From IMG/VR virus record IMGVR_UViG_3300042868_009434: a stretch of 43,338 nt of DNA, one strand, 5' to 3'. Position numbers and translations under genes: made by a program. Numbering within the stretch: the stretch's first letter is position 1; the number at the start of each line of letters is the position of its first letter. Positions 1-9,247 of this stretch are shown here, piece by piece. The notes beneath the pieces were generated by a model. That model searched no databases, had not been told where the DNA came from, and was given only the letters and a program-made list of their open reading frames with translations. Origin of the DNA: a virus. Lineage: Duplodnaviria; Heunggongvirae; Uroviricota; Caudoviricetes.

Positions 1-640
1 TTGATGTATTAGTCGGAGTTGGCGTTTCAGTATTAGTAGGCGTGTTTGTAGGCGTCTCCGTATTTGTTGGAGTCGGCGTTTGAGTTGGAGTTTCAGTATT
101 AGTTGGCGTTGGAGTGTTTGTAGGTGTTTCTGTATTAGTTGGCGTTGGAGTCTGAGTAGGTGTTTCTGTATTAGTAGGTGTTTGAGTTTGTGTTGGTGTT
201 TCAGTATTAGTAGGCGTGTTTGTAGGCGTCTCCGTATTTGTTGGAGTCGGCGTTTGAGTTGGAGTTTCAGTATTAGTTGGCGTTGGAGTGTTTGTAGGTG
301 TCTCCGTATTTGTTGGAGTTTGAGTTTGGGTAGAAGTTTGTGTATTAGTAGGAGTATTCGTAGGAGTCTCAGTATTAGTTTGAGTCGGAGTTTGAGTAGG
401 AGTCTCTGTATTAGTAGGAGTGTTTGTATTAGTTGGAGTCGGAGTCTCTGTACTTCTAGGTGTTTGAGTTTGTGTCGGAGTATTTGTTGGAGTTTGAGTA
501 TTTGTTGGAGTTTGAGTATTAGTTGGCGTTTGTGTAGCAGTATTGGTTGGTGTTTGAGTTTGTGTTGGTGTTGGTGTAGAAGTAGGAGCTAATGCATTAG
601 TAGGTGTTTGAGTTGGAGTTGGTGTTGGTGTTTGAGTACC
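1..640 (-). repeat. Coding low-complexity tandem repeat ([12 protein letters not shown] units) containing an exact 104-bp direct repeat (24-127 = 198-301)
   Basis: Read directly. The two copies are offset by 174 bp (58 codons), so the duplication is in frame. Confidence 0.9.
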
Positions 641-859
641 ACATTCAATTGTTAAAATAACACCATCTAATAAATTATTACGAGTAACCGCAGAATAATA
701 TATTATATCGTCTAAATAGACGTTAAATGGTCCTATTGAATTTGAATTTGGTGTTAACTTAACAATATACTGAGAACAACCATCAACCGACAATTGTTGT
801 TCGATTTCAGAGGCACACCCAGGTGCATTATTGGTAACAAGAATAGAATATATTGACAT
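2..859 (-). CDS. Thr/Pro-rich repeat virion/fibre-like protein, N-terminal part (runs off the window edge)
   Basis: Not in the ORF track. Hand translation from ATG at 859 gives [51 protein letters not shown]...[18 protein letters not shown]..., then TPTNTETPT-type repeats with no stop seen before base 2. A TATTTATT motif lies 16 nt upstream. Confidence 0.85.
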   Translation of the reverse strand, partial: MSIYSILVTNNAPGCASEIEQQLSVDGCSQYIVKLTPNSNSIGPFNVYLDDIIYYSAVTRNNLLDGVILTIECGTQTPTPTPTQTPTNALAPTSTPTPTQTQTPTNTATQTPTNTQTPTNTQTPTNTPTQTQTPRSTETPTPTNTNTPTNTETPTQTPTQTNTETPTNTPTNTQTSTQTQTPTNTETPTNTPTPTNTETPTQTPTPTNTETPTNTPTNTETPTQTQTPTNTETPTQTPTPTNTETPTNTPTPTNTETPTQTPTPTNTETPTNTPTNTETPTPTNTS

Positions 860-874
860 TCGATGTTTTTATTA

Positions 875-882
875 AATAAATA
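875..882 (-). promoter_or_regulatory. Putative late-promoter motif TATTTATT
   Basis: 16 nt upstream of ATG 859, with the same spacing as the other copies of the motif. Confidence 0.55.
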
Positions 883-947
883 CCACAACAATTCTATTTC
901 AGTTATAATTAAAGTAAAAATGAAAATTTTATTATTAAGTATTATGA

Positions 948-1253
948 TTATTGCTCTGTAATCGTAATATTAACAACACAAGAGGCTAATTCAATAGTGA
1001 TTTCAAAAGCACAACCAAAAGTACAATCGAGTATTTTAAAAATCTCACAATCGTTATCATCCACTAACAATAACATAATTTCCGGAGCGGTATTAAATAT
1101 TGTTGGTATCACAGTATTATAATAAACGGTTGGTGGTACAGGACCAGAGTTAATTGTCCCTAATAAATAACTATTATTACCATATACATCCGCGATGTAT
1201 ACACTAATTGGATATGTCCCTCCTGAAATATCAGTAATTCTAATTTGTGTCAT
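948..1253 (-). CDS. Small Cys-containing beta-rich virion protein resembling a single degenerate SprB-like module
   Basis: 101 aa. ISGGTYP and LLLVDDNDC echo the GGxxPY and VTDxxGC motifs of the neighbouring SprB-repeat protein. Confidence 0.6.
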   Translation of the reverse strand: MTQIRITDISGGTYPISVYIADVYGNNSYLLGTINSGPVPPTVYYNTVIPTIFNTAPEIMLLLVDDNDCEIFKILDCTFGCAFEITIELASCVVNITITEQ

Positions 1254-1254
1254 A

Positions 1255-3387
1255 TTATGTTAAGCACATTATGTCGTATTCAATAATCAAATCAATAATA
1301 ATTTCTTGACCGTTTAAAGTATCATTACCTCTTGTTGTCTCAATCGTAATTTGATTTGTTAAAGCGTTTATGGTAACATTTCCGACCCCCGGAACCGATA
1401 ATAATAACTGTCTGATAGTATCATAATATTCATTATCCGTTGGGTAAATATTTAATGAGGTTGTTGTAAAGAATGTTTCACTTGTAGTTAAATTAAGAGG
1501 AGTCACCGATACTTTTGCAGTAAATGTTGCGTTTACTAAATCACACCCTTCATTATCCAATGTTAAATCATAAAAACCTTCATTTAACATTTGTAATAAA
1601 CCAAATTTAGTTGGTGATTCAACATTGAAAACTTCCTCACCCATAACATAAGTTTGATATGATGTTAAATTAGCAAAACAACTAATTGACGCTGTTCTAA
1701 CTAATGAACATCCACCGCTATCTACAATTGTTAAACTATAAGTTCCACCCGTTAAACCCGATACTTGAATTTGTTGTGGATTATTTGGAACGTTATTAGA
1801 CCAATAGAAAGAAAATGGTGGTACACCCGAGTTTATAAATGCAGTTAGTTTACCACTATTACCTGTACCACAAGATGTACTATATAATGAATAATCTAAT
1901 CGTTCACTTGCCGTAACTAATACGCTAGTAGATTGAGCACATCCTGACGCGTCTGTTACGGTAACCGTGTGTGTTCCAGCAGAAATATTATTAAAAGTAA
2001 CTGCAGTTAAATTTGTATTTAAAATATCATATAACCCATTATCAATAGAATAATTAAGTGGTAAGGTAGCTCCTTCACTAACAGTAATTCCAATTAAACC
2101 ATTTACTTGGTTACAAGAAGTACCTGTAATTGATGTTGATATAGTATACTTATTATCAGTCATGATATAAACCTCATCAAAATATGAACAACCTGAATCA
2201 TCACTAACTCCAACTGAATAAGTACCTGCAGATAAATTGTCAAATAGTTGAACTGTTTGACTTCCACTTGAGTTAATAACATCTCCTGTTGGATAAACTA
2301 TTGTATAAGTATAAGGAGTCACACCTCCAATTACGGATATATTTACTTGCCCATTTGTACTTGAACAGGTTGAATTTGTTGTTTGAACAGAAACTGAGGC
2401 AATCCCATTTGGTGATGTTATTGAAGTATTAACTGACAATTGACAAAAACCCGCATCTGTAACTAAAAATGAATATGACCCTGACGATAATCCTGATATT
2501 GAAAATGTTTGAGAATAAGATATATCAACTTGACCTGTGGATGCGGAATAATAATAAGGAGCAGTTCCTCCTGTTATAGTTAATGTAATCTCACCATTCG
2601 CAGCAAAACAAGTTGGTGGGACGGCAGTAAACAATCCAAATCCTATTGGATTAACATCAATAACGGTTTGACTTTGACTTAATTGACACCCATACCCATC
2701 AGTTACATTAACAAAATAGGCACCTGAAGTTAAACCAGTAATAGTCGAACCGGTTGAACCATTACTCCACAAATATGTAAACGGGGATTGTCCGGTTAAT
2801 CCGGTAATACTTAATTTACCAATTGGGGTTCCCCCACAAGATGAATTTGGAACCATATATAAACCATAATTTAAAGGTTCCGATTCTTCAACAATAAAAT
2901 TTTGACTTCTACCCGTACATCCTCCTAAATCTTGGACTGTCATATAATAAGTTCCAGCGGTTAAACTTCCAAACACAACACTATCTTGATTTGTTGTTGC
3001 GGATTGGCTATAAACCCCATCCCCGTGATATAGATAATAATTTGTTGAAGAATATTGGGTTGTTGAGGTCCCAGTAACAGAGCCATTATTTTGAGAACAA
3101 GTTGTATCTTGAACCCCCAAAATACTACAACACACCCCATTTGAAACAGGTATGTTAAAAATTTCAATTTGATTAGTTGGTAGTGAACTATCTGTTACTT
3201 GAACAGTATATGTAGTTGCAAATAAATTTGTTTTAGTTAGAGATGATATTATAATATCCGTTGATAATACTGGGTCAACCCATTGTACAACATAAGGCAG
3301 TGAACCTCCTGAAATAAACAAATCAATTATTCCACTTGAATTATTTTGACAATCTCCCGTTACATTTATAGTATAATTAAACGCCAT
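1255..3387 (-). CDS. SprB-repeat protein, putative tail fibre/adhesin
   Basis: 710 aa with about 7 repeats of about 80 aa: TGGTAPYYYS...VTDAGFC, IGGVTPYTY...VSDDSGC, TGQSPFTYLWSNG...VTDGYGC, VTVTDASGC, LTIVDSGGC. These match the SprB repeat pattern of Bacteroidota adhesins. TAATG overlap with the upstream gene. Confidence 0.75.
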   Translation of the reverse strand: MAFNYTINVTGDCQNNSSGIIDLFISGGSLPYVVQWVDPVLSTDIIISSLTKTNLFATTYTVQVTDSSLPTNQIEIFNIPVSNGVCCSILGVQDTTCSQNNGSVTGTSTTQYSSTNYYLYHGDGVYSQSATTNQDSVVFGSLTAGTYYMTVQDLGGCTGRSQNFIVEESEPLNYGLYMVPNSSCGGTPIGKLSITGLTGQSPFTYLWSNGSTGSTITGLTSGAYFVNVTDGYGCQLSQSQTVIDVNPIGFGLFTAVPPTCFAANGEITLTITGGTAPYYYSASTGQVDISYSQTFSISGLSSGSYSFLVTDAGFCQLSVNTSITSPNGIASVSVQTTNSTCSSTNGQVNISVIGGVTPYTYTIVYPTGDVINSSGSQTVQLFDNLSAGTYSVGVSDDSGCSYFDEVYIMTDNKYTISTSITGTSCNQVNGLIGITVSEGATLPLNYSIDNGLYDILNTNLTAVTFNNISAGTHTVTVTDASGCAQSTSVLVTASERLDYSLYSTSCGTGNSGKLTAFINSGVPPFSFYWSNNVPNNPQQIQVSGLTGGTYSLTIVDSGGCSLVRTASISCFANLTSYQTYVMGEEVFNVESPTKFGLLQMLNEGFYDLTLDNEGCDLVNATFTAKVSVTPLNLTTSETFFTTTSLNIYPTDNEYYDTIRQLLLSVPGVGNVTINALTNQITIETTRGNDTLNGQEIIIDLIIEYDIMCLT

Positions 3388-6374
3388 TAGTTGCTATTAC
3401 AATTTATATTTATTTGTATTCCCACATTTAAAGTTAACAATTCATCAATATTTCTTTCTGTACAAGTTAAACTTTGTATTTTTAATATATTTCCATCAAT
3501 TTCGTATGTAAACCCATAATCGTATAATAATGATAGATTATCGAATAATGCAATCCTCCACATTTGTAGTGTTGGTACATCGGTATATCCATAACCCACA
3601 TAAAATGGTTCTTTAATTAATAATTCACCACCAATTCTTAAATCAACATACCATTCGGTTTGCACTGAGGTTTGTTCACAATCATTTAATGTTAAACTAT
3701 TTTGAGTCAACATATTGTCAATTCGGTTTGCTAAAATACTATTAAAATTTCCAACATTAGGGTCTCCATTTAACCATGGATATACAAAAAATTCAGTAGA
3801 TTCGGTTGCACAATTAAAATCAAAGATACTATTAATTATAAAACAAGGATTAACAGGAACCGGAACGAATTGACATCCTCTTTGTCTTCTATAAACAAAT
3901 TTTTGTTTATGTAAAACTGAGTTCTCCAACTTAACACCGGTATTCCAAATTGTTGTAGCAGGAAACATTTGTTCCACCAATTTCATCCAATAAGGACCAA
4001 TACCTGTAACATAATCAATAAGTTTTTGATAAGTATATTTGCTATTTGGTAATCCAACTGTTGCTTCAGATTCAATGTATTTCCACCATATTGATTGTAA
4101 TGTTGGATACCCCCCTGTTTTACCATCACTAATGTATTGTCGATTTCTAACATTAATCATATTTTCCCAAAACGTTTGTGAGAATTCAAAGAATGTTTTC
4201 TTTTTAGGTTCAGGATTGATATAAGTCCAATCCACACCTCCCGGAACAGGATAACCAACAGTTAATCCGGATTCAGGTATTGGGTAATCATAATTAACCG
4301 ATTGTCTCCAAACATCATAAACAAGACCTTGGGAAGGATTTAAAAATAAATCCACATTTTTAACATTTAATACTAATTTTTCATCGTCAACATAATAATA
4401 GGCGTTATAATCACCTTCAGTCGATACTCTAATTCTATTATCTTCTTCTAACCAAGACTTTTTATTATCAACAACTTTTCTTAACTTAAACCCTTCATTC
4501 ATGTAAGGGAATTGTCTAAATCTATCTAAATACGGTTGTCCATATGTAAATGGGCTTAAACTAGTTTGAATATTATAGTTTTGACCTGTATAAACATCAC
4601 CGGTAATAATCACTTCATCCGGACTTCTATGCTGTGGGGTTGATTCATACCACCCTGAACCAACTTGGAAAAAATAACTTTCGGTATTAACAGGAGCTTT
4701 AGGAAAACCTAAACTATCCATAGGGTATTCATCTAACCTTATCGATACATCTTCATATGTTGCAATTGATGTATAAGCGGAATAAACATTACCCCTAATT
4801 TTATACGTTTGACCAGGTAAATAAGCCGGAGTATTATCAACATAAGTTCCTCCTGATATTGTTGCCCATTGTGTGTAGAATTGGTCTAAATTAATCTTTT
4901 GGTCGGCTAAATAGATATGTTCATTATATTCAATTAATGAATCCGGAGCGCCAATTAACCTCATTAAAAATTCAACTGACCTTCTTGTTCCTTTTGACTT
5001 AAATAAGTAAGAGGCATTAATAATTAAATTACGATAATACGCGTAATTAATTTCAGTAGGTGTTAACGCTCTCGCATAACCAGGATAAGTTGGTGTTGAA
5101 GTATTTCCAAATACTGATTCTAAAAAATCTTCATCCGTAATTGGTGAGAAATTTGATGACCACCCTAATGTTTGAGCAAGATTAACAAGTAATTGTGATG
5201 GTATATCATTCGATGGATTGTAGTTAACCGAATTCATATAAGCTAACGCATCTATGAATTGTTTTATTTGGTCAAAACTTCTACCATAAATTTGAAATAT
5301 CTTCTCAACTTTTTGACCCATAGTATCAAACTCTTTTAACGAGTCTGTCACCAAAAATCTTGAAATTAAATTTGTTTTAAATGAATCTAAATTTTCCGCA
5401 ATTGCATCCAATTGAGCCAAATAACCATCAAATTGTAATGACCTAATATCTAAGTTCCAAGGTCCGTCTTTAGGCCAAGTAACTTGTTGGTAATCTGTAA
5501 AAAATTCCCCATTTTCAGTTTGAGCAGGAACTTGAAACACCGCGGTGTATTCAGGTCTTATTAACCTATTTAATAAGAATTTTTCAACTTCATCAAAATT
5601 TTCTGCGAATATCTTATCAGTAATTAAATCATTCGGTCTAATTTGGTATTCTTCGAAAACTGTAGTTGCCGATTCACCAAAAGGGGCACCTGAAACATAA
5701 AAACTAATATAACCACTACCTAATGTATCCGATGGTTGAAATGAATTTATTTTGAATATATTATCATTAATACTAACACAATAGTCTAAATAAGTGTTAT
5801 ATAAATTTCTATATGGTGAAGTTGTTATTTCCCTTAAATTTAGATTGGTTGCAGCACTTATAGAATAATCAATATCAAAAGGATTATTAATTCTATCAAC
5901 ATTAACTTGAAAATAAGTTTCGTCTTCAATAGGGTCATAACTGACATTAACAGCAGTAGCACCTGTAACAAATACTAAGTTTGAAAATTGAACGTCTAAA
6001 GAGGCAGGAAAATAATTAATAATTTTTGTCGCGGATACTTGGAATCTTTTACGTAAAGAACCATACATCGAAAAGTTAAGAACTTGTGAAACATCATAAT
6101 TAGGATAAACCCTAAACTGAGTTGCCATAATTCTTCTACTTTCATTAACATCTTCAATGTTTAATGATTGTAAACTTAACGGTTCGGAAAATGCGCCAAC
6201 ATTAAAATTTCTATTAACTTTTTCCGTAACCGAAGTTGTAAATTCAAAATTACCTTGCGTTAAACCTCCTCCTTCAACAGTTTGTAAACCTACAATGTTG
6301 TCGGAAAAAGTCGCAGCCCCACTACCAGGTCTTGGCGGATAAAAATATTTTGTTGTTGTCGTATTTACTGCCAT
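3387..6374 (-). CDS. Large baseplate wedge protein with a P2 gpI / T4 gp7-like core
   Basis: 995 aa. DIPSQLLVNLAQTLGW...YLFKSKGTRRSVEFLMRLIG resembles the gpI-family (L.LA...W ... KGT...E..L) signature. Lies downstream of gp25/gp6-like genes. Confidence 0.6.
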   Translation of the reverse strand: MAVNTTTTKYFYPPRPGSGAATFSDNIVGLQTVEGGGLTQGNFEFTTSVTEKVNRNFNVGAFSEPLSLQSLNIEDVNESRRIMATQFRVYPNYDVSQVLNFSMYGSLRKRFQVSATKIINYFPASLDVQFSNLVFVTGATAVNVSYDPIEDETYFQVNVDRINNPFDIDYSISAATNLNLREITTSPYRNLYNTYLDYCVSINDNIFKINSFQPSDTLGSGYISFYVSGAPFGESATTVFEEYQIRPNDLITDKIFAENFDEVEKFLLNRLIRPEYTAVFQVPAQTENGEFFTDYQQVTWPKDGPWNLDIRSLQFDGYLAQLDAIAENLDSFKTNLISRFLVTDSLKEFDTMGQKVEKIFQIYGRSFDQIKQFIDALAYMNSVNYNPSNDIPSQLLVNLAQTLGWSSNFSPITDEDFLESVFGNTSTPTYPGYARALTPTEINYAYYRNLIINASYLFKSKGTRRSVEFLMRLIGAPDSLIEYNEHIYLADQKINLDQFYTQWATISGGTYVDNTPAYLPGQTYKIRGNVYSAYTSIATYEDVSIRLDEYPMDSLGFPKAPVNTESYFFQVGSGWYESTPQHRSPDEVIITGDVYTGQNYNIQTSLSPFTYGQPYLDRFRQFPYMNEGFKLRKVVDNKKSWLEEDNRIRVSTEGDYNAYYYVDDEKLVLNVKNVDLFLNPSQGLVYDVWRQSVNYDYPIPESGLTVGYPVPGGVDWTYINPEPKKKTFFEFSQTFWENMINVRNRQYISDGKTGGYPTLQSIWWKYIESEATVGLPNSKYTYQKLIDYVTGIGPYWMKLVEQMFPATTIWNTGVKLENSVLHKQKFVYRRQRGCQFVPVPVNPCFIINSIFDFNCATESTEFFVYPWLNGDPNVGNFNSILANRIDNMLTQNSLTLNDCEQTSVQTEWYVDLRIGGELLIKEPFYVGYGYTDVPTLQMWRIALFDNLSLLYDYGFTYEIDGNILKIQSLTCTERNIDELLTLNVGIQININCNSN

Positions 6375-7282
6375 TAAGTTGTTATATTTGTAAAGTTTTT
6401 ACTAAAATCAACATTATTCCCTCGACCTTGTCTAACCTCATATAACAACGCATTAAATTGGTCTCTAACCTCGTATAAGTTGTATTGTCTATAGATGTTA
6501 TTTTGTGAATCATAAATTGTGTAAATTCCATCATCAATAGATTTAGTTTGATTACCATAAAGAGCAATCGCAAGAGATGAAATGTCATATTCAACCATCT
6601 CAATTTCAACCGTGATAGGATTAAAAAAAGTATTGGTTATAATGATATCTTGGCTTGGTTGTCCAATAAATGGGGTTGCATTTGGTTTGTTTGTTGGAGA
6701 TGAAGATGGTGATAATGTTAAAAATATTAAATTTGAAGAACCATCAACATATCTATATCTAATTGCCTTTTGTTGTGTATTAACCTCATTCGACACAACA
6801 GGTTCACAATAAAAACTTGAAGTAATTACTCTGAAAAAATTAGGTATTTTTGAACCATCCGGATTTAGATATTCGACTCTAAAACCAACTAACCCCTGAG
6901 GAACAAATTTGTTTTGATATTGTGCCGGTACATTAGCCAAATCAATCACAAGACCTTTAACATTAGGAAGAGCACTTAAAACCCCACAATCAGTAATTAT
7001 TGTTCTGATTTGAGCAGGTCTCAAATATAAGGTATAAAATCCTAAAGCATTAAACTGATTTGCAGGTAATGTTAAATTATATAACCCTCCCAAAACTTCA
7101 ACACCTGCGTTTCCACCGGTTTCAGAATTTTCAAAATAAGGTCGTAAAATTGTTTGAGCATCCAATTTTGTTAAGACAAATGCGTCCGTAACATCTCTAC
7201 TCGGTGTATAATTCATGATGATTTCAACATCTGTTGGTGAAACATCAGAAGGTCTTATTGTTCCATAGCTTCCAATTGCCAT
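6374..7282 (-). CDS. Hypothetical virion structural protein
   Basis: 302-aa beta-rich ORF preceded by TATTTATA, with a TAATG overlap to the next gene. Confidence 0.6.
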   Translation of the reverse strand: MAIGSYGTIRPSDVSPTDVEIIMNYTPSRDVTDAFVLTKLDAQTILRPYFENSETGGNAGVEVLGGLYNLTLPANQFNALGFYTLYLRPAQIRTIITDCGVLSALPNVKGLVIDLANVPAQYQNKFVPQGLVGFRVEYLNPDGSKIPNFFRVITSSFYCEPVVSNEVNTQQKAIRYRYVDGSSNLIFLTLSPSSSPTNKPNATPFIGQPSQDIIITNTFFNPITVEIEMVEYDISSLAIALYGNQTKSIDDGIYTIYDSQNNIYRQYNLYEVRDQFNALLYEVRQGRGNNVDFSKNFTNITT

Positions 7283-7298
7283 ATCTTGTTATTTAATT

Positions 7299-7306
7299 TA
7301 TAAATA
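7299..7306 (-). promoter_or_regulatory. Putative late-promoter motif TATTTATA
   Basis: 17 nt upstream of ATG 7282. Confidence 0.6.
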
Positions 7307-7325
7307 GTTTAGTTCTTTTTTTCCT

Positions 7326-8417
7326 TTAATTTTGTTTGTTAACTACATTAAAAAATCCGTACCCGTAATTAATCATGTCTCCAAGATTATCTACCTCACC
7401 AATTCTTTGAACTCTTTCGTAAGCACTATTGTTACCTCTTTCAACAAAAACATTTGTTTGTATTTGTGCTTGGTCAACAACTTTTAATAAAACCTCATCT
7501 TTAGTTATTGGTGTTGAGGTTAAATTGTTCTCTGTTAATCCTGATGATTGTTCAAAATATATTGTAGTACCATCAAAATAATCGTAATAATTAATCTGAG
7601 TTATGGTATATGCAGTATAGATTGGAGTAACATCGGTAATCATTCCCCATATTTGTCCATTACTAATAACCGGAGTACCAATTCGTTGATTAATTGTTAA
7701 ATCTCCATAGGTCTCTAATTCAGTTAATCTTGATTTAGTAATACCCGATATGGTAAATGGTACCGTAACATAATTGTTAGATGTTTGAGCAGATACTTCA
7801 TTAACAGCATCTCCTGAAAATATATAATCATAAGAAACTGATGTACCAATCCAATTACCTGATGATGGTGCGAAAAATGCCTCTCCTTGAGGATTATAAA
7901 TTGTCACATCACTAAATGGTGTTGTAATAGTTTTTGAAACTTTTGTAATTCCCCAAGGGTTAGTCTGTTCTAATGTAATCACATATTGTTTATTCTCAAC
8001 AGGGTATGTATGATTAATTGAATTAGGTGCGTAAGTCGTTATTGTTTGTTTTGGTGAACCATCACCCCAATCAATTCTATAAGCAGATAAATCCAAAAAT
8101 TTTTGAAATTCATTTGAAGTGTTATAAACATTGTAAGTATAACCTGAGGATGTAGTAGATGAAAATATAAAATTCGCCACAACATCTTTTTGTAAAACCG
8201 CACCATCAAAAGGACTATAATATCCCGCATCAACCGCACTTTGTCTTATCAAAATAGGAATGGTAAGTCCTGTTAAAATTGAACTTCCGTTTACTCCTGA
8301 ACTCACAACTTGAGTCATAGCGGAATAGACCCCAACAGGAGTTCCCTCATAATCCACAACTGACAAGTCACCTAATATCGTTTCCGGTGATATCTTAATA
8401 TTATAAAAATCTTCCAT
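7326..8417 (-). CDS. Virion protein with a PKD-like domain
   Basis: 363 aa. YRIDWGDGSPKQTITTYAPNSINHTY matches the PKD W(D/G)xGDG...HTY pattern. Confidence 0.6.
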   Translation of the reverse strand: MEDFYNIKISPETILGDLSVVDYEGTPVGVYSAMTQVVSSGVNGSSILTGLTIPILIRQSAVDAGYYSPFDGAVLQKDVVANFIFSSTTSSGYTYNVYNTSNEFQKFLDLSAYRIDWGDGSPKQTITTYAPNSINHTYPVENKQYVITLEQTNPWGITKVSKTITTPFSDVTIYNPQGEAFFAPSSGNWIGTSVSYDYIFSGDAVNEVSAQTSNNYVTVPFTISGITKSRLTELETYGDLTINQRIGTPVISNGQIWGMITDVTPIYTAYTITQINYYDYFDGTTIYFEQSSGLTENNLTSTPITKDEVLLKVVDQAQIQTNVFVERGNNSAYERVQRIGEVDNLGDMINYGYGFFNVVNKQN

Positions 8418-9247
8418 TATACTGGTGGGTTAATATATTCATACCATTTTATGGGAATATTAGTCCCCATTCTCTGACCATAAGTATTTAATACTTGATA
8501 AGTTTGACTCGGATAATCTAACTTAACCGTATAGTAAAAATATTGAGTGTTATCAAAATTATACCTTAGTCCATCAGAAAGGTCTGATTGAGGTCCATTA
8601 GTATCATCCAATGGGTTTGTACCTTTACCTGTCATCATTTTTGTAAATTGACCCGTCTTTGCATTATAAAACTTAGCCGCCATATAAAATGTATCCAAAT
8701 TCAAAAAAGTTCTTTTCTTTAACCAATACAAGAAAAACCCTTCTTTATCCCCAACATAATCCAAAATAAATTTCGGTTTCTTTACTGAAACAACATTTCG
8801 ACTCATTTGAACATCCATTTTTAATCCTTGTTGAGTTGGTATAATAACCGTAAGATAATTTGTTTGTCTTTTTTCATCCGGAGTATCATAAAAATCTAAT
8901 TTAAAAAATGAATTTGCAAAATTATTATTATAATAATATAAATCTTGTGAGCTAAACCCTTCACTCATATAATCAATATTCCAACTAGTTATACTTGATA
9001 AAGGCCCCCCCGAATAAAAATAAAATTCGTAGTTTACCTCAGTATTATCCGTAGTTCCGGTAGCCGGAGCATGTGCAAATCTTGTCACCTCAAAATCTCG
9101 ACCAACCCCAATAACTTCAGTTATCATTTGAGTCTCGTACTCATCAATCGCCATGTCTAACCCCAAATAATCCCAAGTCAATTTTATTGGAATATTTATG
9201 TCTTTATTAGTACCATCAGGTACCATCGTTACTTTATTCACAGTCAT
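8417..9247 (-). CDS. Hypothetical protein in baseplate cluster
   Basis: 276-aa aromatic-rich ORF overlapping both neighbours. Confidence 0.6.
   Translation of the reverse strand: MTVNKVTMVPDGTNKDINIPIKLTWDYLGLDMAIDEYETQMITEVIGVGRDFEVTRFAHAPATGTTDNTEVNYEFYFYSGGPLSSITSWNIDYMSEGFSSQDLYYYNNNFANSFFKLDFYDTPDEKRQTNYLTVIIPTQQGLKMDVQMSRNVVSVKKPKFILDYVGDKEGFFLYWLKKRTFLNLDTFYMAAKFYNAKTGQFTKMMTGKGTNPLDDTNGPQSDLSDGLRYNFDNTQYFYYTVKLDYPSQTYQVLNTYGQRMGTNIPIKWYEYINPPV

Noticed and set aside
1-560. Repeats resembling a CRISPR array or DGR template/variable pair
   Set aside because: No constant repeat with unique spacers. The 104-bp copies are identical, with no adenine-specific changes, no reverse transcriptase is present in the window, and the repeats are codon-phased.
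80-592. 170-aa plus-strand Trp/Cys/Ser/Arg-rich ORF
   Set aside because: Antisense shadow of the Thr/Pro repeat gene on the minus strand.
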